Assembly (NCBI RefSeq): GCF_009914755.1
Contig: NC_060947.1
Strand: one strand, 5' to 3'
DNA from: the human T2T-CHM13v2.0 reference genome, Homo sapiens
DNA: 64,000 nucleotides
The notes under the pieces were generated by a model, which saw only the letters and a program-made list of their open reading frames with translations, did no database searches and was not told where the DNA came from. Positions 43,691 through 61,442 of this stretch are shown one piece after another. A program made the translations under genes and the position numbers. Every line of letters starts with the position of its first letter. The stretch's first letter is position 1.

Positions 43691-44667
43691 TTGAACAAAG
43701 TTGAACCACTGTTTGCCTCCTAGTCAGAGCACACAATTCATTTTGTTTTTCCGTCCATATAACACCTAACTGTATATTTTTTATGTGTCATAAAAAAACT
43801 TGGTCATTTCATGAAATTCTTTAAATTCTTGATGATTGTTTTCAAGTACACATTTTTATGAATGAAAAACAGCCAACAATGGGCATCTGTTGTTTTTAAC
43901 ACTGATGCTTTAATGAAACTCTTTACAAGTTATCATAATCTTTTTTTATATTTTTCCCCCCTCAGCTTCAAATTTATCAAATCTATCACTATCCCTTCTA
44001 TGTTTCCTATTGTGGATGTTAACATTTTTGCTCATTTGGGGTAATGGGTCCATGCCTAAATCTTCGTGGATCTGGAGGAATACAAGGAGGCTCAATGCAA
44101 ACTGCACTGGATGTGATGTTCTCTCACTACTGGTCTGTCATTGTTGCCAAGGCATCCACGTAATTCTTTTTACAAGGTTCCAGAAATCCAGGACTACTTC
44201 TAATAATAACCACTGATTAAATGTACTTGAAAACTCTTCTCACTGCATCTGCGCAGGGATCCAAGGATTAGCTGATTGCTTTCTCTGCTAATAACTCTAT
44301 AGCTCAGCTTGGAAAATTACACCAAGTTGGAATTCCTGCTTACAGAATTCTTGAAGAATACGTATGATAATCACAGAGTACTGCAGACTATTCGTTCTAC
44401 CTTGGAATCACTTAGCATGGCATAGAGCAACCAGAGCATAAAGGCATTTTTACCTGTCCAAGACATCGGGTAGGTCTTTCACCATACGTGAAGTTAGATC
44501 TCTTTTCTCCATGCTATCTTCTTGAATAATTGGAGATGATAGGAGTGACAGTGGCTTGCATTTTGGGTTCCACGCATGAATTCAAAATTATTACCACTTC
44601 AGATACAGCACATCTTATTTCATACTTCTCAATGTTTAAAACAGCAAGCTGTTTGGATAGGTTTTCT

Positions 44668-47715
<3,048 letters not shown>

Positions 47716-50700
47716 TGGATAGGTTTTCTGCAATATGTCTTAATAATATCTTTGAAGGTTTCCCTGAATGCAGAAAAACAAGGTTGTCCTTGGAGAAGTA
47801 ACTCTCTTGTCAAAACTTCCACTTGCATAACTTCTTTTAAAACTCTCTTTACCTCTCTCTTTCTTATGACCTTCTTCTTTGCTCTTGCTCTTCTCATGTT
47901 CAGAGAAAGTGCCTGAAATAAATTTTAAAGTACATTCAGTAATAGAAACAATTTTCTGAACTTCCTGTTACTTCTTTTCAACTAGATAAATCATTGCATA
48001 TTTTCTCATTACATAGAAGTCATCAGATGAGTCAGGATGTTGTAAGCGTGCAGGCCCCTGTAGCTGAGGAGTAATGCCTGGTCACACTCCCAGGAGTCTG
48101 GGACCAGAGATCATGAGGATATTCTCCAACAGGCATTTGGTGGTTATCATCTCAATGATGCTGTTCTTCCTCCAGAACATGCACTTTTCATAACATTGCA
48201 TTACCATACTCCAGCGTTGCTCCTCTTGCCTTCATCAGTAGTCCTTCTGCATTTGCTTTTGCATTTTCTCTTATTCAATCTTTCTTTCAAAAATACTAGG
48301 CTTTACTTCTACTTGCAAATCTAAATTTTTCTTTTTTCTATTTTGAAGTATGTGTCTTCACCCTTTTAAGTGAATCTCCTTAACATTGGGATTATTAAAG
48401 CTTCACTTGCATGATTTACAATGGAAGTGAACTACCTTTCCTTCTTCATTTTAAACCTCCTCCAGGTAATCATGACCCACTGGCTGCGCATCATTCTGGA
48501 AAGCAGCAAAATATACAGGTTTGATTTTTTTTCTCACACTGTCTCTTGATTTACTTCAGGAATCTGCACCATAGAAATAAAAAGAATACTTTTAACAGAT
48601 GCAGTTCCTTCTAAGTACTGTGTTTTATTTCATGATGATTGTGGCTTATTATTACCAATGAAATTGATTTTGGGGTAGATATTTTTTGGCAGCCATATTT
48701 GTGGGCAATGCTGACACTTTAGTCTTCGATGTGCTGTTAAGAGACGAATTTCCTGTAGTCACAAGACTCTTCACTGAAGAAGTTGCAATTGATGAAGTAT
48801 TCACAGTACAATTGCTTAAAGGATTGGTAGTTGATTTTGAAGCAGACACAGCTGTTGGAAAAGTAGCTTGGCTAGTAACATTTGGTTCTGTTGCATCTGC
48901 TCCAGTACAAGACACATTGAGGAGCTTACAGTGTAGCTGATTTTGAGTCCCATGAGTAGAGTTGTTGCTTCTGCTGATATTTTGTGAGGGTTTCTTTGCA
49001 GCCTCACAAAACACCAGCAGAAGCAACAACTTGTAATTGTTTCTGTCCTTCTGACTGTGGCTTACAAGTCTGTGGTATGGCACAGGTGGTGTTACAAACA
49101 TCAAGATTGTGAATCTTTGGTGGCTTGGGAGGCTGTTTTAGCTTCAGTTGTTTATTTTGTATTTTCGAATTGTGCTTCTTTAGTAAAGATAGTTCCTGTT
49201 CAAGCAGCTGTTAATTGTAGAAAGATGCAGCTGAATACACTGCTGCTTCATAAACTGAATAAAATTTACCAGGATAAATAACTGCTGTGGTACTGCAAGT
49301 AGCACTCTGAGTATAGGATGGCACAACAGCAGCTGCAGCTGCTACTGGATGTACAGTGGAGGATATAGGATAAATAAAGTTGCGACAGCTGAACTTGCTG
49401 TGACTTATTTTATAGCTGTCACTTGTCGAGTTTGCTGGGCTTGAGTATACTGAGTTGTGCCTGGGATTTAAGAGCAGTCTGATAGTAAGCTTCAGCTACA
49501 GAAGGCCAAGGTTAGTGATTGGCAGCTATACCAGCAGCAGTTTCTGTTAGTTGTTGGTGGTAGTGCTTACTATCATAAGCTATCAGGAGTTGTGGATCTC
49601 ACATATGAGTATGAGTCCTGGTAGTTTTGTGTAGTAGCGGCAGGTGGGTGGTTCTTCTTGTTGCCCCTGAGTATAACCATGATCAGTTGCTGTGTGTGCA
49701 GTGGGGTAGCTTTCATAAGCAGCAGTTGGTGCAGCAGCAACTGCAGGCCTGGTAACTGCAACTGTGGCAAATGCTGGTGCATAGGCAATAGTAACTGAGA
49801 AGCTACTGGAGCCTGATGGACTGTGTAGCTACCAACTGTAGTTGGATGAAAATAGGCTATGCTTGAATCTGGCTGCTGCCTACACTAAGCCACAATGACT
49901 CCTGCTGCCACCCAACTGTGAGTGAATCAAAAGCAGTTGCCAGTCACCATTTTGGTATCTTGCCCTAGCCAGCTGGGCACATAGGTGAAAGAAACGACAG
50001 AGCATATGGGAATCATGTTTTCCAGGTGATGCTTCTGAATTCTGACTAATCTGCTGCCTCATTTATCTGCCCTGCTCCTTTTTTCTTTTCTTTTTTTAAA
50101 CCTTGTCGGGGTACATGGTTACATTGTTTATTAGAAATCTTTCTTCATTTTTAATCTGTCCACTCATTGCCATGAACTTTCTTCTCAGAACTTCTTTTAC
50201 TGTGTCCTATTGGCTTTCCATGTATGTGTAAGTTATCCAAAATTATTATTGTTTTACGTTTCTAGTTTTTTACCATTGTAAGTCTGAAATGACAGTTGAT
50301 TAATCTCTATCTCCTCAATTACACTTGATTAGTCTCTGTCCTCAAATTTATCAACACCCATTTGGTGGGCTAACATATTAGCTACCCCAGAGCAGTTGAG
50401 AAGAATGTATATTCTGCACCTGTTGCATGAAATGTTCACACGTCTGTTAGGTACATTTGGTCTATTACATAGTTTATGTCTGATGTTTCTGTGTTGATTT
50501 TCTGTCGAGATGATCTATATATTGTTGAAAGTGGGGTGTTGACATATCTTGGTATTATTGTATTGCAGTCTATTACTCTGTTTAAATTCCATAATATTGT
50601 ATTAATATACTTGAGTACTGTAATGTTGGGTTCATATATATTTATGGTTGCTATATCCTCTTGCTGAATTAATCACCTTATCATTATAAAATTACCTACA

Positions 50701-50837
50701 TTGTCGCTTTTAAAAGTATTTGATATAAAGTATATTTTATCTGATATAAGAACGGTTACTCCTGATCACTTTTGGTTTCCATTTGCATAAATTTTTTTTC
50801 ATCACTTCGCTTTTAGTCTGTTTGTGTTTAATGGTAA

Positions 50838-51160
<323 letters not shown>

Positions 51161-51450
51161 CAATGAGGTGACTCCCTGTAGTCAGCAGATACTTGAGTCT
51201 TTTTTTTATCTATTCACTGAGTCTATACTTTTAATTAAAAAATCTAATCCAGTTACATTCAAGGTTATTATTGCTATTTATGGACTCACTCCAGCCATAT
51301 GTTTCTTTCTTCTTATTTGGTTGTTTACTTCTGTGGTTCAGTGTTTTTCTGTGATGCTAAAGTTTGTTCCCTTTCTCCTTATCTGCCATAATTACTTTCT
51401 TTGTGATTAAAATTGGGCTACCATATAAAATCTTATAAAAGACTATGTTA

Positions 51451-51740
51451 GGCCAGGCGTGGTGGCTCAAGCCTGTAATTCCAGCACTTTGGGAGGCTGA
51501 GGCGGGCAGATCACGAGGTCAGGAGATTGAGACAACGGTGTAACTCCGTCTCTACTAAAAATACAAAATATTAGCCAGGTGCGATGGTGGGTGCCTGTAG
51601 TCCCAGCTACTCAGGAGGCTGAGGCAGGAGAATGGCATGAATCCGGGAGGCAGAGCTTGCAGTGAGCCAAGATTGCGCCACTGCACTCCAGCCTGGGCGA
51701 CAGAGCAAGACTACGTCTCAAAAAAAAAAAAAAAAAAAAA
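51451..51740 (+). mobile_element. AluY-type element with the 12-bp left-monomer deletion of the AluYd lineage
   Basis: gagattgagacaacggtg lacks atcctggctaac; AluY diagnostics gaatggcatgaa and gagcttgcag; TSD aaaagactatgtta/aaaagactctgtta. Confidence 0.88.
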
Positions 51741-52914
51741 GACTCTGTTAAGCTGATAACAACTTAAGTTTGGTTACATATAAGGACTCTAGGATACTTT
51801 TTTCTTTCCCCTACAATGTGGGTTTTGATTGCCTTAATTTATATGTATTTTTGTGTGGTTTTCTGAAGCACACATTATAGCTGTTGATATTTTTTTTATT
51901 TTTGGCTTTAGACCTTTATGCTAGAGGATTGAAAGATTTCTGTGACACCATTACAGCACTAGGGTATTCTGAGAATGATTATGAACTTACTCATACTGGT
52001 GAGTTTTACACTTTTGCATGTTTTCATCAGAGTGAACATTATGCATTTTTTTTCCAAATTTTGCACTTCCTTAAACATTTCTCATAAGTTTGGTATAGTT
52101 GTGTTGAATTTCTTCAGTTTTTCTCATCTGGGAAGTTCTTTATTTTGCCTTCATTTCTGAAGGTTAGCTTTGCTAAATGTAGGATTCTTTACTGTAAGGT
52201 TGTTTTTTTTTTTTTTTTCCCCCAGCACATTCAATATATCGTTTCATTCTTCTGGTCTACAAGGTTTCTGTGGAGAATTTTGCTCATAGTCTAATGGAGA
52301 TTCCCTTATATGTGACTCGATGTTTTTCTCTTGAAGATTTTTAATGTTTTAATAATTTCAACTTTTATTTTAGATTCAGGAGGTACATGTGCAGATTTGT
52401 TAGATGGGAATATTGTGTGACACTGAGGTTTGAAATATGAATGATCATGTCATTAAGATAGTAAGTATAGCAATGAATAAACAGTTTCCTTCCCCTTTCT
52501 TCCTCCCTCTCTCCCCACTCTCTTGAGTGTCTACTGTTCTCAATTGTATGCCCATGTGTACCCAATGTTTATCTCCCAATTGTAAGTTCGAACAAACATT
52601 TGGTATTTGCGGGGGTTTCCCTGCATTAATTTGCTTGGGATAATAGCCTCCAGATGCAAAACACAATATATGGTATTTTTCAATGGCTATTGTAACTTTT
52701 AAAATTCTCAGTTTGTTTTTGAGTTTTGACATTTTAATTATGATGTCCCTTAGAAAAAACTCTTTGGGTTGAACTTGGGAATTTTTGAGCTTCCTGAATC
52801 TGTATATGCATATCTCTCCCAAAACTTGGGGAGACTTCAGCTGTTATTTTTAAGTAAGTTTTCTGTGATTTTTCTCTATTTCTTCTCCTCTGGCACTAAA
52901 AAAAATGTAAATGT

Positions 52915-55900
52915 GGGAGGCTACTGGCAAGATGGTTGAATAGGAATAGCTCTGGTCTGCAGCTCCCAGCAAGACCAACACAGAAGGCAGGTGATTTCTG
53001 CATTTCCCACTGAGGTACCCTGTTCATCTCATGCGGACTGGTTAGGCAGTGGGTGCAGGCCACAGAGGGTGAGCAGAAGCAGGGTGGGGTTCTGCCTCAC
53101 CTGGGAAGTGCAAGAAGTGGGGGGTCTCCCTTTCCCAGCCAAGGTAAGCCATGAGGGACTGTGCTATTCAGCCCAGATCCTGCACTTTTCCCCTGGTTTT
53201 TGTAATCTGCAGACCAGGAGATTGCCTCATGTGCCTACACCACCAAGACCCTGGGTTTCGAAGCACAAAACTGGGTGGCTGTTTTGGCAGACACCGAGCT
53301 AGCTGCAGGATTATTTTTCATACACCAGTGATACCTGGAACCCCAGTGAGACGGAACCATTCACTGCCCCATAAAGGGGGCTGAAGCCAGAGAGCCAAGT
53401 GGTGTTGCTCAGCAGGTGCCACTCCCACAGGGCTCAGCAAGTTAAAAACCACTGGCTTGAAATTCTTCCTGTCAGCACAGCAGTCTGAAGTCAACCTGAG
53501 ATGATCCAGCTTCGTGGGGGGAGGGCCATCCACCATTACTGATGCTTGAGTAGGTGGTTTTCCCCTGACAGCACTATAAAGGCCTGAAAGTTCGGACTGG
53601 GTAGAACTCAACACAGCGCGGAGAAGCAGCTGTGGCCAGACTGCCTCTTTAAGTTCCTCTTCACTGGTTAGGGCATCTCTGAAAAAAAGGCAGCAGCCCC
53701 AGTCAGGGGCTTATAGATAAAACTCCCATCTCACCAGGACAGAGCACCTGGGGAAAGGGGCAGCTGTGGGGGTAGCTTCAGTGTACTTAAATGTTCCTGC
53801 CAGCCAGCTCTAAAGAGAGCAGCAGATGATGACAAGGAGGGTTCTACCAGAACAGTGCTTGAGCTCTGCTAAAGGACAGACTGCCTGCTCAAGTGGGTCC
53901 CTGACCCCCATACCTCCTGACTGGGGATTGACAGACAACTCATACCGGAGAGCTCTGGCTGGCATCAGACCAGTGACCCTCTAGGATGAAGCTTCCAGAG
54001 GATGAAGCAGGCAGCAATTTTTGCTTTTCTGCAGCCTCTGCTGGTGATACCCAGGCAAATAGGGTCTGGAGTGGACCACCAGAAAACTGCAGCAGATCTG
54101 CAGAAGAGGGCCCTGACTATTAGAAGAAAAACTAACAATCATAAAACAATAAATCAACATACACAAAAAGAAACCCCACAGAGAAACCCTATCCAAAGGT
54201 CGTTAACCTCAAAGATCAAAGGTAAATAAATTCACGAAGATGAGGAAAAAACAGTGCAAAAGTGCTGAAAATTCCAAAAACCAGAATGCCTCTTCCTCTC
54301 CAAATGATTGCAACTCCTCTCCAGCAAGAGCACAAAACTGGACAGAGAATGAGTTTGATGCATTGACAGAAGTAGGCTTCAGAAGTTTGGTAATAACAAA
54401 CTCCTCTATGCTAAAAGAGCATGTTCTAACCCAATGCAAGGAAGCTAAGAATCTTGACAAAAGGTTGCAGGAACTGCTGACTAGGATAACCAGTTTAGAG
54501 AAGAACATAAATGACCCGATGGAGCTGAAAAACACAGTACAAGAACCTCGTGAAGAATACACAAGTATCAACAGCCAAATTGATCAAGCAGAAGACAAGA
54601 TATCAGAGATTGAAGATCAACTTACTGAAATAAGGTGTGAAGACAAGATTAGAGAAGAAAGATTGAAAAGGAATGAACAAAGCCTCCAAGAAATATGAGA
54701 CTATGTGAAAAGACCAAACCTACAATTGATTGAGCTCCCTGAAAGTGATGGGGAGAATGGAACAAAGTTGGAAAACACAGTTTGGGATATTATCCAGGAG
54801 AACTTCCCCAACCTAGAAAGGCAGGCCAACATTCAACTTCAGAAAATACAGAAAACATCACTAAGTTACTGCTCGACAGTAACAACCCCAAGACACATAA
54901 TTGCCAGATTCTCCAAGGTTGAAACGAAGGAAAAAGTGTTAAGTAAAGCCAGAGAGATAGGTCAGGCTACCCACAAAGAGAAGCCCATCAGACGAACAGA
55001 GGACCTCTCTGCAGAAACCCTACAGGCCAAAAGAGGGTGGGGGCCAAAATCCAACAATCTTAAAGAAAACAATTTTCAACCCAGAATTTCATATCCAGCC
55101 AAACTATGTTTCATAAGTGAAAAAAGAAATAAAATACTTTCCAGACAAGCAAATGCTGAGGGATATTGTCACCACCAGGCCTGATTTACAAAAGCTCCTG
55201 AAGGGAGCACTAAATTTAAAAAGATCAACCAATACCAGCCACTTCAAAAACACACCGAAATATAAAGACCAACAACATTATGAAGAAACTGCATCGACTA
55301 ATGTGCAAAATAACCAGCTAGCATCATGATGACAGGAACAAATTCACACATAACAATATTAACTTTAAATGTAAATGGGGTAAATGCCCCAGTTAAAAAA
55401 CACAGACTGGCAAATTGGATAAAGAGTCAAGACCCATCAGTGTGCTGTATTCAGGAGACTCATCTCATGTGCAAAGACATACATAGGCTCAAAATAAAGG
55501 GATGGAGGAATATTTACCAAGCAAATGAAAAGCAGAAAAAAAAAAGTGGGGTTTGCAATCCTAGTCTTCAATAAAACAGACTTTAAACCAACAAAGATCA
55601 AAAAAGACAAAGAAGAGACTTACATAATGGTAAAGAGATCAATGCAACAAGAAGAGCTGTCTATCCTAAATATATATGCACCCAATACAGGAACATCCAA
55701 TTCATTAAAAACAAGTTCTTAGAGACTACAAAGAGACGTAGACTCCCACACAATAAAAGTGAGAGACTTTAACACCCCACTGTCAATATTAGACAGATCA
55801 ACGAGACAGCAAAGTAACAAGGATATTCAGGACTTGACCTCAGCTCTAGACCAAGCAGACATAATAGATAGCTACAGAACTCTCCACCCCAAATCAACAG

Positions 55901-58900
55901 AATATACATTCTTCTCAGTACCATTTGCACATACGCTAGAAACGACCACCTAATTGCAAGTAAAACACTCCTGAGCAAATGCAAAGAATGGAAATCATAA
56001 CAAACAGTCTCTCTGACAGCAGTGCAATCAAATTAGAACTCAGGATTAAGAAACTCACTCAAAACCTCCTGACTACATGGAAACTGAACAACCTGCTACT
56101 GAATGACTATTTGGTAAATAACAAAATTAAGGAAGAAATAAAGAAGTTTCTTGAAGCCAATGAGAAATAGACAACGTACCAGAATCTCTGGGACACAGCT
56201 AAAGCAGTGCTTAGAGGGAAATCTATATCACTAAATGCCCACATCAGAAAAAGGGAAAAATCTAAAATCAACACCCTAACATCACAATTAAAAGAGCTAG
56301 AGAAGCAAGAGCAAACAAATTCAAAAGCTAGAAAAACTGAAGAAATAACAAATATCAGAGCAGAACCAAGAGATAGAGACACGAAAAAGTCTTCAAAAAA
56401 TCAGTGAATCCAGTAGCTGTTTATTTGAAAAGACTAACGAAATAGATATACTGCTGGACAGACTAATAAAGAAGAAAAAAGAAAGATATCAAATGGAATA
56501 CATTAATAAATGATAAAGGGTATATCACCACTGATCCTACAGAAATACAAACTAACGTCAGAGAATACTAAAATCACCTCTACACAAACAAGAAATCTAA
56601 ATTCGTAAATTCATAGACACATACACCCTCCCAAGACTAAACCAGGAAGAACTCAAATCCCTGAATAGACCAATAACAAGTTCTGAAAATGAGGCAGTAG
56701 TTAATAGTCTACAAACCAAAAAAAAGGCCAGGACCAGACTGATTCACAGCTGAATTCTATCAGAGATACAAGGAGGGGCTGGTACTATTCCTTCTGAAAC
56801 TATTCGAAACAGTAGAAAAAGAGAGACTCCTCCATAACTCATTTTATGAGGCCAGCATCATCCTGATACCAAAATCTTGCATAGAAACAACTAAAAAAGA
56901 AAATTTCAGGCGAATATCCCTGATGAACATTGATATGAAAATCCTCAATAAAATACTGGCAAACGGAATCCAGCAGCACATCAAAAAGCTTATCCACCAT
57001 GATCAAGTCACCTTCATCCCTGAGATGCAAGGGTGGTTCAACATACACAAATAAATAAACATAATTCATCACATAAACAGAACCAATGAACAATGAACCA
57101 CATGATCATCTCAATAGATACTGAAAAGGCCTTTGATAAAATTTAACAATGCTTCATGCTAAAAACTCTCAATAAACTAGGTATTGATGGAACATATATC
57201 AAAATAATAAGAGCTATTTATGACACACCCATAGCCAATATCATATTGAATGTGCAAAAGCTGGTAGCATTCCCTTTGAAAACTGGCACAAGACAAGGAT
57301 TCCCTCTCTAACCACTCCTATTAAACAAAGTATTGGAAGTTCTGGCCAGAGCAATGAGGCAAGAGAAAGAAATAAATGGTATTCAAATAGGAAGAGAGGA
57401 AGTCAACTTGTCTCTGTTTGCAGACAACATGATTGAATATTTGGTAAACCCCATCGTCTCAGGCCAAAACCTCCTTAAGCTGATAACCAACTTCAGCAAA
57501 ATGTCAGGATACAAAACCAATGTGCAAATATCACAAGCATTCCAATACACCAATAATAGACAAACAGAGCCAAATCATGAGTGAACTCCCATTCACAATT
57601 GCTACAGAGAAAATAAAATACCTAGGATTAAAACTTACAAGGAACATGAAGGACCTTTTCAAGGAGAACTGCAAACCACTGCTCAAGGAAATAAGAGAGG
57701 AAAAAAACAAATGGAAAAAAAATTCTATGCTCATGGAGAGGAAGAATTAATATTGTGGAAATGGCCAAACTGCCCAAAGTAATATACAGATTCAATGCTA
57801 TTTCCACCAAGCTACCATAGACTTATTTCACAGAACTAGAAAAAACTACTTTAAATTTTGTATGGAACCAAAAAAGAGCCCATATAGCCAGGACAATCCT
57901 AATCAAAAAGAACAGAGCTAGAGGCATCATTCCACTGGACTTCAAACTACACTACAAGGCTACAGTAACCAATATAGCATGGTACTGGTACCAAAACAGA
58001 TATATAGACCAATGGGACAGAGGCCTCAGTAGTAACACCACACATCTACAACCATCTAATCTTCAACAAACCTGACAAAAACAAGCAATGGGGAAAGGAA
58101 TTCCTAGTTAATAAATAGTGTTGGGAAAACTGACTAGCCATATGCAGAAACCTGAAATTAGATCCCTTCCTTACACCTTATACAGTAATTAACTCAAGAT
58201 GGATTAGAGACTTATATATAAAACCTAAAACTATACAAACCCTAGGATAAAACCTAGGCAATACTATTCAGGACACAGTCATAGGCAAATACTTCATGAA
58301 TAAAACACCAAAAGCAATTGCAACGAAAGACAAAATTGACAAATGAGATTTAATTAAACTAAAGAGTTTCTGCTCAGGGAAAGAAACTAACATCAGAGTG
58401 AATTGGCAACCTACAGAATGGGAGAAAAGTTTTGCAATCTATCTGACAAAGGGCTAATATCCAGAATCTACAAGAAACTTAAACAAATTTACAAGAAAAA
58501 AAAACCTATTCAAAAAGTGGGTGAAGGACATGAACAGACACTTTTAAAAAGAAGACATTTATGCAGCCAACAAACATTAAGAAAAAGCTCATAATCACTG
58601 GTCATTAGAGAAATGCAAATCAAAACCACAATAAGATACCATCTCATGCCAGTTAGAATGGCAATCATTGAAAAGTCTGGAAACAACAGATGCTGGCAAG
58701 GATGTGGAGAAATAGGAATGTTTTTACACTGTTGCTAGGAGTGTAAATTAGTTCATCTATTGTGGGAGACAGTGTGGCTTTTCCTCAGGGATCTAGAACC
58801 AGAAATATCATTTGACCCATCAGTGCCATTACTGGGTATATATCCAAAAGATTATACATAATTCTATTATAAAGACACATGCACATGTATGTTTATTGCA

Positions 58901-59362
58901 GCACTATTTAAAATAGCAAAGGCTTGGAACCAACCCAAATGCCCATCAATGATAGACTGGATAAAGAAAATATGGCACATATACAGTATGGAATACTATG
59001 CAGCCATAAAAAATGAAGAGTTCATGTCCTTTACAGGGACATGGATGAAACTGGAAACTACCATTCTCAGCAAACTAACACAGGAACAGAAAACCAAACA
59101 CCATATGTTGTCACTCGTAAGTGGCAGTTGAACAGTGAGAACACATGGACACAGGGAGGGGAACATCACACACTGGGGCCTGTCACTGGGTGGGGGGCAA
59201 TGGGAGGGAGAGCATTAGGACAAATATCTAATGCATGCAGAGCTGAAAACCTAGATGACAGGTTGATAGGTGCAGCAGACCACCATGGCACATGTATACC
59301 TGTGTAACAAACCTGCATGTTCAGCACATGTATCCTAGAACTTAAAGTAAAAAAAAAAAAAA
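52915..59362 (+). mobile_element. Full-length (~6.45 kb) L1PA8/L1PA7-like element; ORF1 (~54240-55265) and ORF2 (~55327-59131) both disrupted
   Basis: 5' ggcaagatggttgaatagg; 3'UTR gagagcattaggacaaatatctaatgcatgc; TSD core gtaaatgt on both sides. Confidence 0.95.
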
Positions 59363-59579
59363 GTAAATGTATATTCATTTAATGATGCTCCAAAAGTCCT
59401 ATAGGCTTTCTTTGCCATTTGCTATTCTTGTTTTTCTTTATTCCTGTGATTGTGTTATACCAAAATACCTTTTTCTGTGTACAGAAATTCTGTATTTGCT
59501 TAATCTTGTCTGTTGTTAAAGGCCTCAACTGATTTTTTATTTTATTTATTGCATACTTCAGTTTACAGATTTTTTAAAA

Positions 59580-61442
59580 GTTATCTTTTACTTTAAGTTT
59601 GGGGCTACATGAGCAAATCTGTTATATAGGTAAATTTAAGTTACGTTATTTTTTCACCCAGGTAATAGAGCCTAGTACGCATTACCTATTTTTTCTGATC
59701 CTCTCTTTCCTCCCACTCTTTATCCTCCAATAGGTCCCAGTGACTGTTGGTCCTCCCTATGAGTCCATGTGTTCTCATTACTTGTTCCAACTTATAAGTG
59801 AGAACTTGCAGTATTTGGTTTTCAGTTTCTGCATTAATTTGATACAGATAATGGCCTCCAACTCCAGCCATGTTTTGACAGAAGACATGATCTCATTATT
59901 TTTATGGTTGCAAAGTATTTCATAGTGTATATGTACCACGTTTTATTTACCCAGACTACCACTGATGAGAATTTAGGTTGATTCTATGTATTTGCTATTG
60001 TGCATAGTGCTGCAATGAACATATGCATGCCTGTGTCTTTATAATAGAATAATTTATATTCCTTTGTATATATACCCAGTAATGTGATTGCTGGGTCAAA
60101 TGGCATTTCTATTTTTTAGCCTTTGAGGAATCAACACACTGTCTTCTACAATGGTTGAACTAATTTACACTCCCATCAACAGTATATGAGCATTTCTTTT
60201 TCTCTGCAAACTCACCAGCATATATTATGTTTTTACTTTTGAAAAATACCCATTCTGACTGGTGGGAGATGGTGTTCTCATTGTGGTTTTGATATCCATT
60301 TCTCTAATGATAAGTGAGGTTAAGCTTTTTTTCATGATTCTTGGCCATGTGTATGTCTTCTTTTGAAAAGGGTCTGTTCCTGTCCTTTGCCCAATTTAAA
60401 TGAGGTTTTTGATGTCTTATAACTTTGTTTAAGATACTTATGGATGCTGGATATCAGACTGTTGTCAGATGTATAGTTTGCAAAAATTTTCTTTCATTCT
60501 GCAGGTTTTCTGTTCACTATGTTGATAGTTGTTGTTGTTGTTATTGTTGTTGTTGTTGTTGTTGTTGTTTTGCTGTGCAAGAGTTCTATTGTCAACTTTG
60601 TTATAAAATCTTTGCCTGTTCCTATGTCCAGGATTATATTGCTTAGGTTGTCTTTCAGGGTCTTTATAGTTTTGGGTTTTCCATTTAAGTCTTTTATTCA
60701 TCTTGAGTTAATTTTTGTATGTGGTGTAAGGAAAGGGTCAGGTTTCAATCTTTTGCATATGTCTAGCCAGTTATTCTTGCACAGTTTAGTGAATAGGGAG
60801 TCATTTCCACATTGCTTGTTTTAATCATGTTTGTGGAAGATTAAATAGTTGCAGGTGTGTGTCCTTATTTCTGAGTTCTCTATTCTGTTTCATTGGTCTA
60901 TGTGTGTTTTAGTACCAGTAGCACACTGTTTTGATTACTGTAGCCCCTGTAGTTTAAAGTCGGGTAGCATGATGCCTCCAGCTTTGTCCTTTTTGCTTAG
61001 GATTGCCTTGGCTATTTGGGATTTTTTTGTTCCATATGTATTTTAAGATTGTTTTTTCTAGTTTTGTGAAGAATGTAATTTGTACATAATAGGAATTGCA
61101 GTAAACTTGTAAATAGCTTTGGGCAGTATAGCTATTTTAACAATGTTGATTCTTTCTGTTTATGAACATGAAATGTATTATTATCTGTTTGAATCATCTC
61201 TGATTTCTTTGAGCTGTGCTTTGTAATTGTCCTTGTAGAGATATTTTACCTCCCTGATTAGCTGCATTCTCAGACTTTTTTTGTGGTAATTGTGAATGGG
61301 ATTGCATTCCTGATTTGGCTCTCAGCTTTTCTGTTGTTGGTGTATAGGAATGCCAGTGACTTTTGCACATTTATATTGTACCCTGAGACTTTGCTGAAGT
61401 TATTATTAGCTTAAAAAGTTTTGGGGCTGATACTGTGGGGTT
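59580..61442 (-). mobile_element. 5'-truncated L1PA13-16-like element containing a (TTG)n microsatellite at 60528-60569
   Basis: tcacccaggta...ccaacttataagtgagaac...ataatggcctccaactcc; antisense ORF2 as far as gagactttgctgaagtt. Confidence 0.88.

Noticed and set aside
48652-49104. 150-aa ORF as a functional ZFR-derived protein
   Set aside because: Non-ATG start, N-terminus out of frame with ZFR, zinc finger 2 half deleted, and a frameshifted end.
52915-59362. Retrotransposition-competent full-length L1
   Set aside because: Multiple stops and frameshifts in both ORFs, RT motif FADD changed to FADN, and a degraded YY1 site.
60425-60824. Poly-Cys, poly-Val and poly-Asn ORFs
   Set aside because: They are translations of a (TTG)n microsatellite inside an L1.
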